Part shown: positions 50,701-61,042 of the stretch, piece after piece
Layout of the letters: the number at the start of each line of letters is the position of its first letter
Numbering within the stretch: the stretch's first letter is position 1
IMG/VR virus record: IMGVR_UViG_3300036768_000367
Span: 1,057-65,056 of that record
From: a virus
Lineage: Duplodnaviria > Caudoviricetes
Reading direction: 5' to 3' (one strand)
DNA: 64,000 bases
Notes under the pieces: model-generated
Database searches by the model: none
Seen by the model: only the letters and a program-made list of their open reading frames with translations
Told to the model about the DNA's origin: nothing
Position numbers and translations under genes: made by a program

Positions 50701-52358
50701 CAAATCTCATAATAAATGGAAATATCTTCAAGGACTTGAGTCATGGCATAGAAATTAATAACTCCACATTTTCTCTTTCAAATATTTCTATAAAAAACAA
50801 TCTATTTACAAGTGTCTATCAGGGTATAACAATCTCTACTACTAGCGGCACTGCAAAAGGTATTGAGATAGAGCAAAATATTTTTAAAACAATATTTAAT
50901 TACTTTACAATTATAACTTCAAATACATCAGCATCTCTGAATGGAATTTTATTTGCATATAATTTGGCTGATAATGGTGGTATATCATATTTGTCAAACT
51001 CGATGTTGAATACTAATTCTGGCTGCGGCTCAGTAATGTGCACATCAAACATATCTACTGGACCATTTATCAGTATAGGGTCGGCATCTTCTGTGATCAG
51101 TAATAACATCCTAGATGGAGCCACTGCAAGTATAATATCAACATCTACTGCAACAGTTATATCTAATAATATTGTTAGAAACAATACCAGCTTAGGGCTG
51201 AGTATAGGTGGGTCTACTACCGCTGAGATTTTGGGCAACATATTTAGTACAACTGCTACTGGACTAGTGTACTCATTCAGCACTGGCTCGACCATAACCT
51301 GTATAGGCAATAGATTTACTGATGGTGGCACGACATCGTCTACGTTTATAATTCCTAACGGCGCTTTTTTTATGGATAACGTAGTTCAGTCTGGTAGAAT
51401 TTACATGAGTGGAGGAGTTGGTGGTCGCCAGAGCATAACAGCAAATAATAGGTTTGTGGCTAATGGCCTCAATGGAACAAATACTTTTGAAATATTGCCA
51501 GGCACCAGTGCTACTGAGCTTGCTATATTTAGTAATAATATTATTGAGGCTAGCGGCTCTTTAAGTGGCACCGTTCCAGCGGTCAGGGTTAGTACCACTG
51601 GTTCTTGTAAATTAGTATTCTCTGGTAATGCAATAAGATCTACAACTGGCGGCTCAATTTTAGAAATTAGCAATGTTAGCAATCAGGCCACTTTGGTAAG
51701 CGGAAATCATCTGTTTTACAGCGGAGCTTCAGTTGGCATAGGCACATCAATTAAGTGTTCTAATGTATATTATGTAAACAACATGAGTGAAGGAGTATTC
51801 AATACTGCCGAAATAGATGTTCCATTAAGCTCAACCAATATATTTATATCAAACAATATATTAAATGGAACTGGTGCTGGTGGCAAGGTTATTAATATTA
51901 TCGGCACGGCTACTAGCGTTATAGCAAGGAATAATAAAAATGCGGTAGAGTCATGGACATATTCTGCTGTAGATGCTCTACAAAACACCACATCTGATTG
52001 GGCTCTTGATATATCGTTGCCATCAACCATTCAGCTAAAGTCTACAACTACCAGCGGATCTGTAATAATTCCATTATCAGGGCTTCCAGTAGGGGCCAGA
52101 ATAGAAAATGTTCAGGCGTATGTAACAACGCCTGGAGCAGCTGGGACTTTGACACTAAGATTGTTTAGAAGAAACACTGGATCTCATGGTCTAACTGAAA
52201 TAGGATCAGCTATTAATAATTCACCATCTATATTCCAGATTATGACTACTGGTACATTATCGCACAATATTCTAAGCAGTAATGAGTACCTTGTTGTTTT
52301 GACAAGTACCGCTACTAATAACATAATAGGACAGGTAGTGGCCAACATACGTATATAA
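47715..52358 (+). CDS. Large tail spike / baseplate appendage with right-handed beta-helix
   Basis: 1547 aa; GTG start after AGGAG; shared anchor N-terminus; many I.xN.F repeats in the C-terminal half; paralog of 52374. Confidence 0.75.
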   Translation: MSRYPNELDNDVDIPSVSDNITEVAAETINALRSSIFAIQSALGENPQGAASDLKTRLSYFFNDDGTPKQSALVAAGLIALPINNGHIASNAGIEESKLDLDYPTQILQNAILSNDTDITELQNLYNQILFDITQHFLGNANKHDGYDITLSGLAGASSVDSVSLAIHYIWSQFLGHKAALSSTEHYASAIAYTPVPLGPITATNVQDAISQIDTAFYEDRRRHDDSAHSNGISRDGYISYFGQFAVNDASAMVSRLPSSPNILKVGLINSAVIKSKGFDVNGVSLTSNTLKIDASTGNGIFRSLTITGLQSAQYPTGYTHLSLKAIVDYLNQQFTLPANHFPVTAFESPDGELVLQHNISDPSCVLMVSSSSNSAATTLGFSDVLNVPSGYVDHHYLVIDGYRHNELATLAAGAVIHGITSSSVDLGTITGPGGLGILGNTLFHVYNHTDHSANGTYRIVGTVVNTITLNTPLTAGTFNYIIYKDVIDSNFAGNYKTIDLYINSELEPTSSVRQETTLVQISGLKIVEVSQDFKATSASMTLDFSSPTYSIYLTISGTNGTVTTFEQGFIGYKRVYAPNNVSYITVFIHDTSPAVGTDQITFYSTEKQDDMLLLGVTHTNAASVIEMPLDRRNIGLAGASAIGTEVSDGIWADDIKNLHANGIIRGFDIIQINPGSLSITLNGGIAYVEGRKIQKPRVSIDVTNVAISDGDWNLVLSDIGNIEIYSNTAPGFSVEDILSGTGYVILAQLVVSGGLVTSYTDGRFFINDVESKMDLIVDDQDFGSGQFRTLESAVLNSKFSPNNNKPEIKIISDLIINNDVTIDSNTKITAYRDVTINGNLTLSAGANFQTLGALNVTGTTVIGTDCVFSVGGGMLTSISLNTGSVFTILKDTTVSNIDVGGDNVSIIGNTNRPSITFNGTSSGIRLIASRSNIIISNIELIMTYSTNSIISTVGGITYDNIIIDNNVFRQSTAFTYPSPTTSRQGIYIASSATISNLIINGNIFKDLSHGIEINNSTFSLSNISIKNNLFTSVYQGITISTTSGTAKGIEIEQNIFKTIFNYFTIITSNTSASLNGILFAYNLADNGGISYLSNSMLNTNSGCGSVMCTSNISTGPFISIGSASSVISNNILDGATASIISTSTATVISNNIVRNNTSLGLSIGGSTTAEILGNIFSTTATGLVYSFSTGSTITCIGNRFTDGGTTSSTFIIPNGAFFMDNVVQSGRIYMSGGVGGRQSITANNRFVANGLNGTNTFEILPGTSATELAIFSNNIIEASGSLSGTVPAVRVSTTGSCKLVFSGNAIRSTTGGSILEISNVSNQATLVSGNHLFYSGASVGIGTSIKCSNVYYVNNMSEGVFNTAEIDVPLSSTNIFISNNILNGTGAGGKVINIIGTATSVIARNNKNAVESWTYSAVDALQNTTSDWALDISLPSTIQLKSTTTSGSVIIPLSGLPVGARIENVQAYVTTPGAAGTLTLRLFRRNTGSHGLTEIGSAINNSPSIFQIMTTGTLSHNILSSNEYLVVLTSTATNNIIGQVVANIRI

Positions 52359-52373
52359 AGCTATGGAGAGTAG

Positions 52374-55300
52374 ATGAGCAAATATCCTACACAAATAGAC
52401 TCAGATGCAGAATTGCCTCGTGTAGATGATAATTTAAGTGAAACTTCGGTTGAAACTATAAATGCTTTGCGCGAAGCAGTTATGGCTATTGAAAAAACCA
52501 TTGGTGCTAATCCGCAAGGATCTGCAGCAACATTGGTTCAACGTCTTTCCGTATTCTTTAATGATGATGGTACTGCTAAAGCCAGCGCACTAGTTGCTGC
52601 TGGCCTGGTAGCCTTGCCAATAACAAATGCTATGATAGCATCCAATGCTGGTATCGAGGAGTCTAAATTAGATTTAGATGTTGCTACACAAGTATTGCAA
52701 AATCAAATAACGTCTAATGATATAGATATAGCTACCTTACAAGCCTCAATAACATCTTTGTTAGCTACATACGCCAATCATATAAATGGCATTGCAGATA
52801 AGCACGATGGTTATGCAATATTGTTGGACAAGAATTACCCAGTTTCCACCCCTCCGTGGTTGCTCGGAATAACTGCTACAGATGTTAGTGCGGCAATAGC
52901 TGCTATAAATAATAACTTTTTAGATCATATTAGTCTCTCAAAGGCTGGCGCGCACCCTGCTTCTTCTATTTCAGTTGACGCATCTACTTTACAAAACGTC
53001 ACAGCCACTGATTTACAAGGGGCAATCGAGCAGCTTGACGAATCCAGAGCAATAGAGCTGGTGGATCACAGAGATGATATGCATGCTAATGGCCTAAGTC
53101 TTTGGGCCAATAGTGCCGACGGATACAGTGAGCACAATCAGATTATTCCACAGACGGTAGGTGCCACGGTTACAGCATACATTCTTCCTATCACCAGAAA
53201 TATTATAGATTTTTCTCCATTAACCATGTCTACCTTTCCAGTGCAGCAAGGGGACTCCGTAGTTGTTCTGGATACAAGCTCAATAGGCATTTATCCTATT
53301 AATGACATTGGTCCTAGAAATGCCGTGGGAACAAAACCTAGTTTGACCGCCAATCAGGTCGAGATAGTCGGAACATTTCCAGATGATGGATATGTAACTG
53401 CACGTATCTATGGCAGTAGCAGCGCCGTTCTATTAAAGGGAAATCTTGCTACAACAATTCATCAGTCTGATATTAAAGTCGACAGCATACAAGTTTCAAG
53501 GCCAAATGCGGCAAGAATAGTATCGCTTGGTATTCGGCCACAATTCTTAGATTCCACTGGAGTATTGGTAGTTGAGGCTGGCGTAACAGCATCTGCGTCT
53601 CGTACTATCATCATAGATAATTTGCACAAAAATAGAAATGGTGTGGTAGTAAGCCCACCAACAATAGATTCTTTAGTTGAAAGAATAAACAGTGTATTTC
53701 AAAACAGAGTAGATGGCTATGCATTCCCAGTCACTGCGTATCGCGTTGGTGATGAATTAATGTTGTCTCACAACTGGATCGATGACTTTGCCTATATAAG
53801 AGTGACATCTGCTGGCAACATGAATTTCTATTTAGGTTTCGATAGCAATGGTGCGAATGTTGAAGATAGATACGTTTATCCAACAGCCAATGCCTATTAT
53901 TATGTAAATGGTGTAAAACTACACGATGTTGCTAAAATAGCTCAGCAGACCGCCTCGGTTTCTGGACAATACATATCATTTACTGGTTTTGATCCATTGG
54001 CAGCAGGTGTTAAAATAGGCCATCTGGTTCACGTCAAAACTCATGCAAATAATAGCGAGATTGGTACTTATTTTATAACTGATGTAACATCTTCGGCAGT
54101 CAAAGTTCACAAGAATGCTGGCATTACTGCCCAAGCCTCGATTAGTGTTGAAATATATCATGATGCGCTTCCGCTAGATGATTTCAACACAAATGTTAAA
54201 GATCTTGTGCTTGAAACATTTATAACATCAAGTGGTACCCTCGGCTACAACGAGCGCTTAAATTACGAAGATAACATTAGTAACTTAAAAATCATTGATG
54301 TTAGCGATAATTTTGCAGCCAGCTCATATAGTTTAGAATCATCAATATCTGGTAGCGAAGTAACTCTTAAGTTTGCAAGTGTGTATGAGAAGCCAGTATA
54401 CATCCCAACGACATTTACTGGCAAGATCAAGATTCCATCACCTCACCTAATAGAGTACGTAACTGCTGATATTACAGCACCTATTGGCACTGGCACATCT
54501 CAGTTTACATTTTATCCTCATATAAATGAAGAGGAAGTGTTAGAGCTTTGCTCAGTGCGTTTAGATGGTTTGCTAACACTCTCCAACATAGTTGATAAGC
54601 GCATGTTTGGCACTCTAGGTCTTGATGAGTTGCGTGAAGATGTGGTGCAAAACTACATAGAGCTTCCAAATAAAGAGCTAAGGTCAAATGGCGTTATCGA
54701 AGGTCTGGACGTAATTGCACCAGATGTCGATAATGCTATACCTCCATATCAAGATCCTACATTCCCTCTTTCTTCAAACTTCTATGGACTACTTGTTCGT
54801 GGCGGCTCCGCTATGGTCGGCGGCGTTAGAGTCTCTGTTCCAATTACCTCAGTAATATTTCCAAACGTAGCTGGTACATATATTGTCGGTTTAAACAAAC
54901 TGGGTACGTTTAAAATTTTCAATACCAGTCAGTACAGCATGGCAGATTTGTTGGATGGCTACGCTGAAGATTTGGCACTAATTGCACAAGTGGATCATGA
55001 CGGAACTACTATTGTAGATACTTCGCTTATTGATTTGCGTTTTAATATTTCAAAGATAGATGACAAAGTAGAATTGCTATTTGATGAGACAAATCACTTT
55101 ATAGGTCACTTCTCATCATTTAAGACTGCCCTGCAGTATGTGAACAATTATCCTAAAAATGAAAAGTTCAAGATAAGAGTGGTTGCACATGGCGGCGGCG
55201 ATATTGATATTACCAATGTGCAGCACAGCCTTACCGTTGTAATAGATGGTCAGGTCAATAACGTCACTGTTAGTGGCCCATGCAAGATAACCTCTGAATC

Positions 55301-58300
55301 TATTGCTTCTCGAGTCACGCCGCATATAAGAGGTACCTTGACTGTACAGAGTGGAGCTAATAATATTGAAATTTCTAATTTAACAATAGGAAATTTAAGT
55401 GGCGCCGCTGTTTCGCATCTTTATGTTAACAATGATGGCATTTATAAGTTTAATAATGTTATATTTAATGGTGCGAGTGCCAATGGACAGCTGCAAATAG
55501 TAGCATCTGGACCTGCATTAGCAGATCAAGTTGTCTTTGAATCTTGTATTTTTAAAGAAGGCACTGCTTTTCAAGTAGGTTCAGGTGGAGTTATAATAGA
55601 TAACTTCATTATAAATAATTGCGAAATATATGGTACTGGCACTGGCAGCAAAATAGACGTGCCATCTAATAACTTGGTTGTTTCAAATACAATATTTGAT
55701 AATTGCGGTATAACGCAAACTTTCCAATTAACAAAGCCAGCTGTTATAAATAACTGTGTGTTTAGAAATATGACAGTAATCTCTGGCGGTAAGCGCGTAA
55801 TAGATACCGTGTCTACGCTTTTGATTAGTAACACTAAGTTTGATAACATAACAGCATTAACAGCTGATGCGATCATATCAAGCACCACTTATGATGGCTA
55901 CACTAAATTGTTTATAGATCACTGCTCATTTAACAATTGCACAGCCACAGTTGGTAATAAGCTGATTAAAAGCCGTGGCTCAGTAACAAACTCATTATTT
56001 AAAGCAACCACCTGTGCAACAGCGCCAGGTGATTTGGCTGTTGAGTGCACAGAGTTTAGTGGCAACGCCATCTTGGGGCAGGTTAATGAATTTGCAGTTG
56101 GTGCAGCTCAAATTGAACGCAATAACAATTTGAATGTTGCCAAGAGTGCATCATTTGCCTCCTTGCAATCAGTTGTCGGAAATACTTTCTTGGCAAGCAG
56201 CGTGTTTGGTTATAATGTAAACGTAGCCTCTACTTCTGGCGTTGAAATCTCGAATAATATATTCTCCATGGGTTCACAAGTAGCCATACAAATTGATAGC
56301 GGCACAGGAGACGTTGTAGTATTTGGTAATGAATTCAATCATACTGGCTATTGTATAAATACATCAATAGTATCTGTTGGATTGCTATTTGTCTCTAACT
56401 TAGTAAAGTCATCATTGTTGTTGCAAGGCCCTGGCGTTGGAAATATGGAGGCCTTATTTTCAAATAACATATTTGAAAACAGCAGCGGATTTAATGTTAA
56501 TAGTACCGCATCAAGAATGGTTTTTGATGGCAACATGTTTTTAGCTGGTGGTCCACTGAACTTGAACACAAGTTCTGCCGCTGGGCTAAATATTACAGGC
56601 AATTTGTTTACTAGCGATCTTATTATATCATCAGATTTAATCGGATCTAATATAAGCAACAATATCTTTTATAATGGAACTATTGATATTAGTGGAAATG
56701 TTTCTTTTAGTATAATATCAAACAATATTGACAGTGGCAGCACAAGCAACATTGTGGCACTACAGCTGGGCGCCTCTACAGTATCAAACACTATAATCAC
56801 CAACAATACAATATCACTATCGGGCATAGGTAGTGCAATATTGTCAGATGTCATGATTACAGACAATTTGGTGCGTGGCTCAAGTATTATTCTTAATATA
56901 GATCCATCATCTGGTGCAGATGATTACGCACACGTTATATTTTCAGACAATCTATTGGATGATGATATAGATATAAACATCAACTCATCTGGATCAATCA
57001 GGGGTATTATAGTAGATAATAATATAGCATCAACATCTACTCACCCAACTTATCCAACAATATCTGTAAATTCTGTTGTTAATGAGTCGGTTATATCTGG
57101 AAACTTTAACTTTAACATATCAGTAATATCTGGAATGAATTCCTGTGTTATAGTAGACAATATATCTCTAAATTCTGATATAACTATAAGTGGTGCATGT
57201 AATGCTAACATAGTCTCGGGAAATTATTTTAACGACCTGACATTCTCTGGATCATCAACTTCTGGTTTACTATTTACCAATATGTTCATAAATGGTGGCG
57301 TTAATATGTCTGCCGTAGCAGGTGCAGCAGATAAGATTTCGTTTATAAACAATGTGGTAAATGGCTCTATTACACTCACATCTACAAGTGGTAACTTCAC
57401 CAGACTTGCGTTAAACAATAATATTTGTAACTCAGCGATATTTAATATCAGTGGTTCAGATGTTTCTATTGCAAGCAATGTGATGCTTGGAACTCTAACT
57501 GTATGGTCCACTACAAATAGCTATACTTTGACAAAAGTAAATATCTCAAATAACACTGTTGCTGGTAGTGCCATCATATGTTCTAAGCTATCATCTGGAA
57601 CATCATCATTTACTAATTCTAAAATAAGTGGTAATATTGTTGGTGTAGATTTAGAATTCATGACCAGTGTTACCAGTGGATCAACATTAACGTTTAGTGG
57701 AAATTTGATATCTGACAATTTTTGTGCAGATGATCTTATTATATTTGCCTCATCGGCGCGTGGAACAGTTATATTTACCAATAATTCTATACTTAATAAC
57801 AGAATTGGTGATCAGCTTCTGTTTAATGGTAGCACCAGTGCTGCTGCAGATACAATGGTACAGAATACAATTATATCTGGTAACTCTTGTGATGACTTTT
57901 CTTTCGGAAGAAGGCTTACCTATTCAGATCTAACAATTACATCAAATAGATTTAATAATGCGGCTGGCTCGCTTACTTTTAATATAGATCCAGTGAGCAC
58001 GCCAGGCACATTTTCAAAATTGCATATGAGCAATAACATTATGGCAGGAACCGTCTCCTGTGTTGTTTATACTGCAACTGCAACCGTAATGGATAACTTT
58101 GTGTTTAATAATAACATAATGTCAGGCTCTGATTTTAGATTATCATATACTGGCTCGAATGTAATAGGATTCACAGCTCGTGGATGGATATTTAGTGGCA
58201 ATGTCATGAGAGCCATTTCATTGAGAAGTGATGGTGGTACTCAGGCTACCAACTCATTGAATATACAATCTTCGAGCTTTAGCAATAATGCGTTTTCTGG

Positions 58301-59618
58301 TGCTACCGCTGCATCGTTATCATTGCCATATGAACCTGGAATTTATATTGCCAAAGGCGCTAAGACTGGAGGTATTTCCTTAGATGGCGTGAGTATAAAT
58401 AGTAATTTTTATGGCGGCGATACTTCTACGATACCAAACATTCAAGTTAAATTCTCCACTGATGCTAGCAGCAGTATCGGCATTACAAATACAGATATTT
58501 CTGGAAATAAAAACATTGATATAATTTATGCAGCCACATCTACTGGGCTTTATGTCTTGAATTTTGTAAATATGAGTAATAACATATTTTCAAATGATGT
58601 TGGTCCGATCGAAGGCATATCTTTTGCCCCTACTAGCACTACTAGTAACTGGACTCAGGTAGCTATACACTCTAATCGTGGTGGAGCAATAAGTATTTCT
58701 GGCATATCACTGATGTTAGGAACTTTAATTGCCAACAATTTTTTGGATTGGGATTTTAATTCTACAGCTGGAATAGGAAATCTTACGGTACAGTGTGGTG
58801 GTTACAGAGCATTAAGTATAATTGGCTGTGATGCTAAAACGATTAATGTAATATCAAATAGTAACATTGGATCAGACGGATTGTTGATAAGCAATTGTCA
58901 GTGTATAGACATAGACGTTGAAGGTAGCACTACGTCTGCACAAATATTTGAAACTACAATATCTAACAATAGAACTAGATACGACTCTCCCTCAACTGGT
59001 GGAAATATTTCTGTACATAATTTTAACAATGTATATGGTCTTAATATATATGGAAACCAGTTAACTGACAGTATACTTGTATATAATATAAATGAATTGA
59101 TTGATACATCTGTATCATCAAATGTTTTGAGAAGTGTTATAGATTTCTCTCAAGAGATAGAATTTTCAGCAATAGCTCAAGGAATATCTAGACTAAACAT
59201 TTCAAATAATATTAGTAATGGTGCTATTAGATTTGTTTCATCGCCTGTATCTGGTGGTGGTGCAGATAATATAACTATAGTAGGAAACTTTTGTGGAGGA
59301 CTGGCAATATCTGGCTTTTCTGGTACAGATATAATCACACTAATGACGGTGGCACACAACAATATTAATGGCACAGTATTTTTGCCAGCAATAACAACTT
59401 TTGATGACTCATCAAATCAATCTAAATTTATAGGAAACTATGCAGATAATTGGAGTTGTTCTACCGCATTTTCTACAGCAGGAAGTACTCGAGTCTTTGT
59501 ATGGGGAAACACTTCGTCTGTCGCTACCACAAATGTGACTTTTAATGGCACGACGGCAACCAATGTTGGTACCGCCAATAATGTTGATACTGTTAACGGC
59601 GGTGGTATTGTAAATTGA
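52374..59618 (+). CDS. Giant tail spike / baseplate appendage with very long beta-helix
   Basis: 2414 aa; first about 240 aa highly similar to 47715; roughly 1400 aa of (I/S)SxN parallel beta-helix repeats. Confidence 0.75.
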   Translation: MSKYPTQIDSDAELPRVDDNLSETSVETINALREAVMAIEKTIGANPQGSAATLVQRLSVFFNDDGTAKASALVAAGLVALPITNAMIASNAGIEESKLDLDVATQVLQNQITSNDIDIATLQASITSLLATYANHINGIADKHDGYAILLDKNYPVSTPPWLLGITATDVSAAIAAINNNFLDHISLSKAGAHPASSISVDASTLQNVTATDLQGAIEQLDESRAIELVDHRDDMHANGLSLWANSADGYSEHNQIIPQTVGATVTAYILPITRNIIDFSPLTMSTFPVQQGDSVVVLDTSSIGIYPINDIGPRNAVGTKPSLTANQVEIVGTFPDDGYVTARIYGSSSAVLLKGNLATTIHQSDIKVDSIQVSRPNAARIVSLGIRPQFLDSTGVLVVEAGVTASASRTIIIDNLHKNRNGVVVSPPTIDSLVERINSVFQNRVDGYAFPVTAYRVGDELMLSHNWIDDFAYIRVTSAGNMNFYLGFDSNGANVEDRYVYPTANAYYYVNGVKLHDVAKIAQQTASVSGQYISFTGFDPLAAGVKIGHLVHVKTHANNSEIGTYFITDVTSSAVKVHKNAGITAQASISVEIYHDALPLDDFNTNVKDLVLETFITSSGTLGYNERLNYEDNISNLKIIDVSDNFAASSYSLESSISGSEVTLKFASVYEKPVYIPTTFTGKIKIPSPHLIEYVTADITAPIGTGTSQFTFYPHINEEEVLELCSVRLDGLLTLSNIVDKRMFGTLGLDELREDVVQNYIELPNKELRSNGVIEGLDVIAPDVDNAIPPYQDPTFPLSSNFYGLLVRGGSAMVGGVRVSVPITSVIFPNVAGTYIVGLNKLGTFKIFNTSQYSMADLLDGYAEDLALIAQVDHDGTTIVDTSLIDLRFNISKIDDKVELLFDETNHFIGHFSSFKTALQYVNNYPKNEKFKIRVVAHGGGDIDITNVQHSLTVVIDGQVNNVTVSGPCKITSESIASRVTPHIRGTLTVQSGANNIEISNLTIGNLSGAAVSHLYVNNDGIYKFNNVIFNGASANGQLQIVASGPALADQVVFESCIFKEGTAFQVGSGGVIIDNFIINNCEIYGTGTGSKIDVPSNNLVVSNTIFDNCGITQTFQLTKPAVINNCVFRNMTVISGGKRVIDTVSTLLISNTKFDNITALTADAIISSTTYDGYTKLFIDHCSFNNCTATVGNKLIKSRGSVTNSLFKATTCATAPGDLAVECTEFSGNAILGQVNEFAVGAAQIERNNNLNVAKSASFASLQSVVGNTFLASSVFGYNVNVASTSGVEISNNIFSMGSQVAIQIDSGTGDVVVFGNEFNHTGYCINTSIVSVGLLFVSNLVKSSLLLQGPGVGNMEALFSNNIFENSSGFNVNSTASRMVFDGNMFLAGGPLNLNTSSAAGLNITGNLFTSDLIISSDLIGSNISNNIFYNGTIDISGNVSFSIISNNIDSGSTSNIVALQLGASTVSNTIITNNTISLSGIGSAILSDVMITDNLVRGSSIILNIDPSSGADDYAHVIFSDNLLDDDIDININSSGSIRGIIVDNNIASTSTHPTYPTISVNSVVNESVISGNFNFNISVISGMNSCVIVDNISLNSDITISGACNANIVSGNYFNDLTFSGSSTSGLLFTNMFINGGVNMSAVAGAADKISFINNVVNGSITLTSTSGNFTRLALNNNICNSAIFNISGSDVSIASNVMLGTLTVWSTTNSYTLTKVNISNNTVAGSAIICSKLSSGTSSFTNSKISGNIVGVDLEFMTSVTSGSTLTFSGNLISDNFCADDLIIFASSARGTVIFTNNSILNNRIGDQLLFNGSTSAAADTMVQNTIISGNSCDDFSFGRRLTYSDLTITSNRFNNAAGSLTFNIDPVSTPGTFSKLHMSNNIMAGTVSCVVYTATATVMDNFVFNNNIMSGSDFRLSYTGSNVIGFTARGWIFSGNVMRAISLRSDGGTQATNSLNIQSSSFSNNAFSGATAASLSLPYEPGIYIAKGAKTGGISLDGVSINSNFYGGDTSTIPNIQVKFSTDASSSIGITNTDISGNKNIDIIYAATSTGLYVLNFVNMSNNIFSNDVGPIEGISFAPTSTTSNWTQVAIHSNRGGAISISGISLMLGTLIANNFLDWDFNSTAGIGNLTVQCGGYRALSIIGCDAKTINVISNSNIGSDGLLISNCQCIDIDVEGSTTSAQIFETTISNNRTRYDSPSTGGNISVHNFNNVYGLNIYGNQLTDSILVYNINELIDTSVSSNVLRSVIDFSQEIEFSAIAQGISRLNISNNISNGAIRFVSSPVSGGGADNITIVGNFCGGLAISGFSGTDIITLMTVAHNNINGTVFLPAITTFDDSSNQSKFIGNYADNWSCSTAFSTAGSTRVFVWGNTSSVATTNVTFNGTTATNVGTANNVDTVNGGGIVN

Positions 59619-59626
59619 GGAATTAT

Positions 59627-60178
59627 ATGACAGAAGAAAGTAAAAGTGCAATAGATCTTATTTATGAAATGCATGATATGATTTCTAAAATGCAAAATAG
59701 GATAGGCATTTTAGAAAAAAGTAATGCATTGTTAACAGACCTGCTGTTAAAGCAAGCACCTGGCGCTCATGTGCCAATTAAAGGTAAAGAGGCAGCTGTT
59801 CCAGAAGCTCCTAAGCCAGAGGCATCCCTTCCACTTATTGCCGAAAAGCCTGTTGTAAGTGCAGCGGCACCTCCGATTATTTCATCTGTACCAGTGATTG
59901 TTCAAGCTGGCGCAGATAATAAAGAGCAAAATATTAAAGTTTTTGGTACTTTAAAAGATAAAGATGGCAAGATTTTGCACGGTATACCAGTAGCCATAGT
60001 AGATGCAAAAACGAATACGGCAGTTAAAACTACAAAAACTAATCGCGCTGGTGAATTTATGAGCTTTCTACCAGTTGGCAAATATATCGCTGTGGCTACT
60101 TTCGATAATAATCAGCAGAAGTTTAAGGCTTTTGACATAAATAAAGGAATGAAAGATGTGGAAGTATCAATAGTTTAA
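59627..60178 (+). CDS. Protein with carboxypeptidase-regulatory-like (transthyretin-fold) C-terminal domain
   Basis: VFGTLKDKDGK.L.G..V.I....TTKTN..GEF...LP.GKY; N-terminal coiled coil and Pro/Ala linker; GAGG RBS before ATG 59627. Confidence 0.65.
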   Translation: MTEESKSAIDLIYEMHDMISKMQNRIGILEKSNALLTDLLLKQAPGAHVPIKGKEAAVPEAPKPEASLPLIAEKPVVSAAAPPIISSVPVIVQAGADNKEQNIKVFGTLKDKDGKILHGIPVAIVDAKTNTAVKTTKTNRAGEFMSFLPVGKYIAVATFDNNQQKFKAFDINKGMKDVEVSIV

Positions 60179-60187
60179 TAATAGTTT

Positions 60188-60964
60188 ATGACTCGTGGTA
60201 CCTCCTATTTAGTTTATTCTGATATTTATAATCTGGATTATATTGTCCAGCATAGCGGTATTATGTTTGGCCGCAATATACTAGTAGATACATTAAGAGA
60301 GGTTTTTGCAAAAGATAAGGAATATCGTTATTTAAAAGATTCCTTTGGCTTTCCAAAAACACCATCCCATGAAAATTTAGACGAAGATGCTGGTATAGTA
60401 GATGACTCTACTACCAGATTATTTATTGGCGGCGCATTCAGATATGACATATCTTATTTACCAGCTATTACGGTAAGACAAACTGGCTCAAGCTATAAGC
60501 CGATATCTTTTAATTCTAATATGTGGGTACTTGAGTACGAAACCCAAAAAATAGTAGATGGCTATGGAAACGTCACTTATAATGAAGTTCCATCGTCTTA
60601 TCAATTTGCTGGGGCCTGGGAACAAAGTTTTGAAGTTAAAGTAACATCAAAAAGTCTAGAAGACACAATCCATATAGCAGATATAGTCATGATTTCCCTA
60701 CAAGGCACCTATAGGTTGCCATTGCAGCAGATCGGATTGTTTATAAAGCAGGTAAGGGCATCTGGAGAATCCATCGAGACTTTTGGTGCCAATGACCCAT
60801 TATTTACAATCAGTATAACTTTAGATACATATTCAGAATGGAGACGATCAATACCAATATCTAATTTAGTCGAGCGAGTGTCATTGTGCTTGGCAGTCGA
60901 TATTCAAAATACAGATGTTCCTGCCAACGATCTGTTAATAAAATATAATCTAGGCCAGTATTAA
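60188..60964 (+). CDS. Putative tail terminator / tail completion protein
   Basis: Position directly upstream of the sheath; YLPAITV and WEQSFEVKV.SKS..D...IAD pattern. Confidence 0.5.
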   Translation: MTRGTSYLVYSDIYNLDYIVQHSGIMFGRNILVDTLREVFAKDKEYRYLKDSFGFPKTPSHENLDEDAGIVDDSTTRLFIGGAFRYDISYLPAITVRQTGSSYKPISFNSNMWVLEYETQKIVDGYGNVTYNEVPSSYQFAGAWEQSFEVKVTSKSLEDTIHIADIVMISLQGTYRLPLQQIGLFIKQVRASGESIETFGANDPLFTISITLDTYSEWRRSIPISNLVERVSLCLAVDIQNTDVPANDLLIKYNLGQY

Positions 60965-61042
60965 CTAAAGGTATGTATATTCAAATCTACTAATTTTAAT
61001 TGTAGATGGTGTTAGAATAATAGTCTCAGAGGAGCTTCCAGT

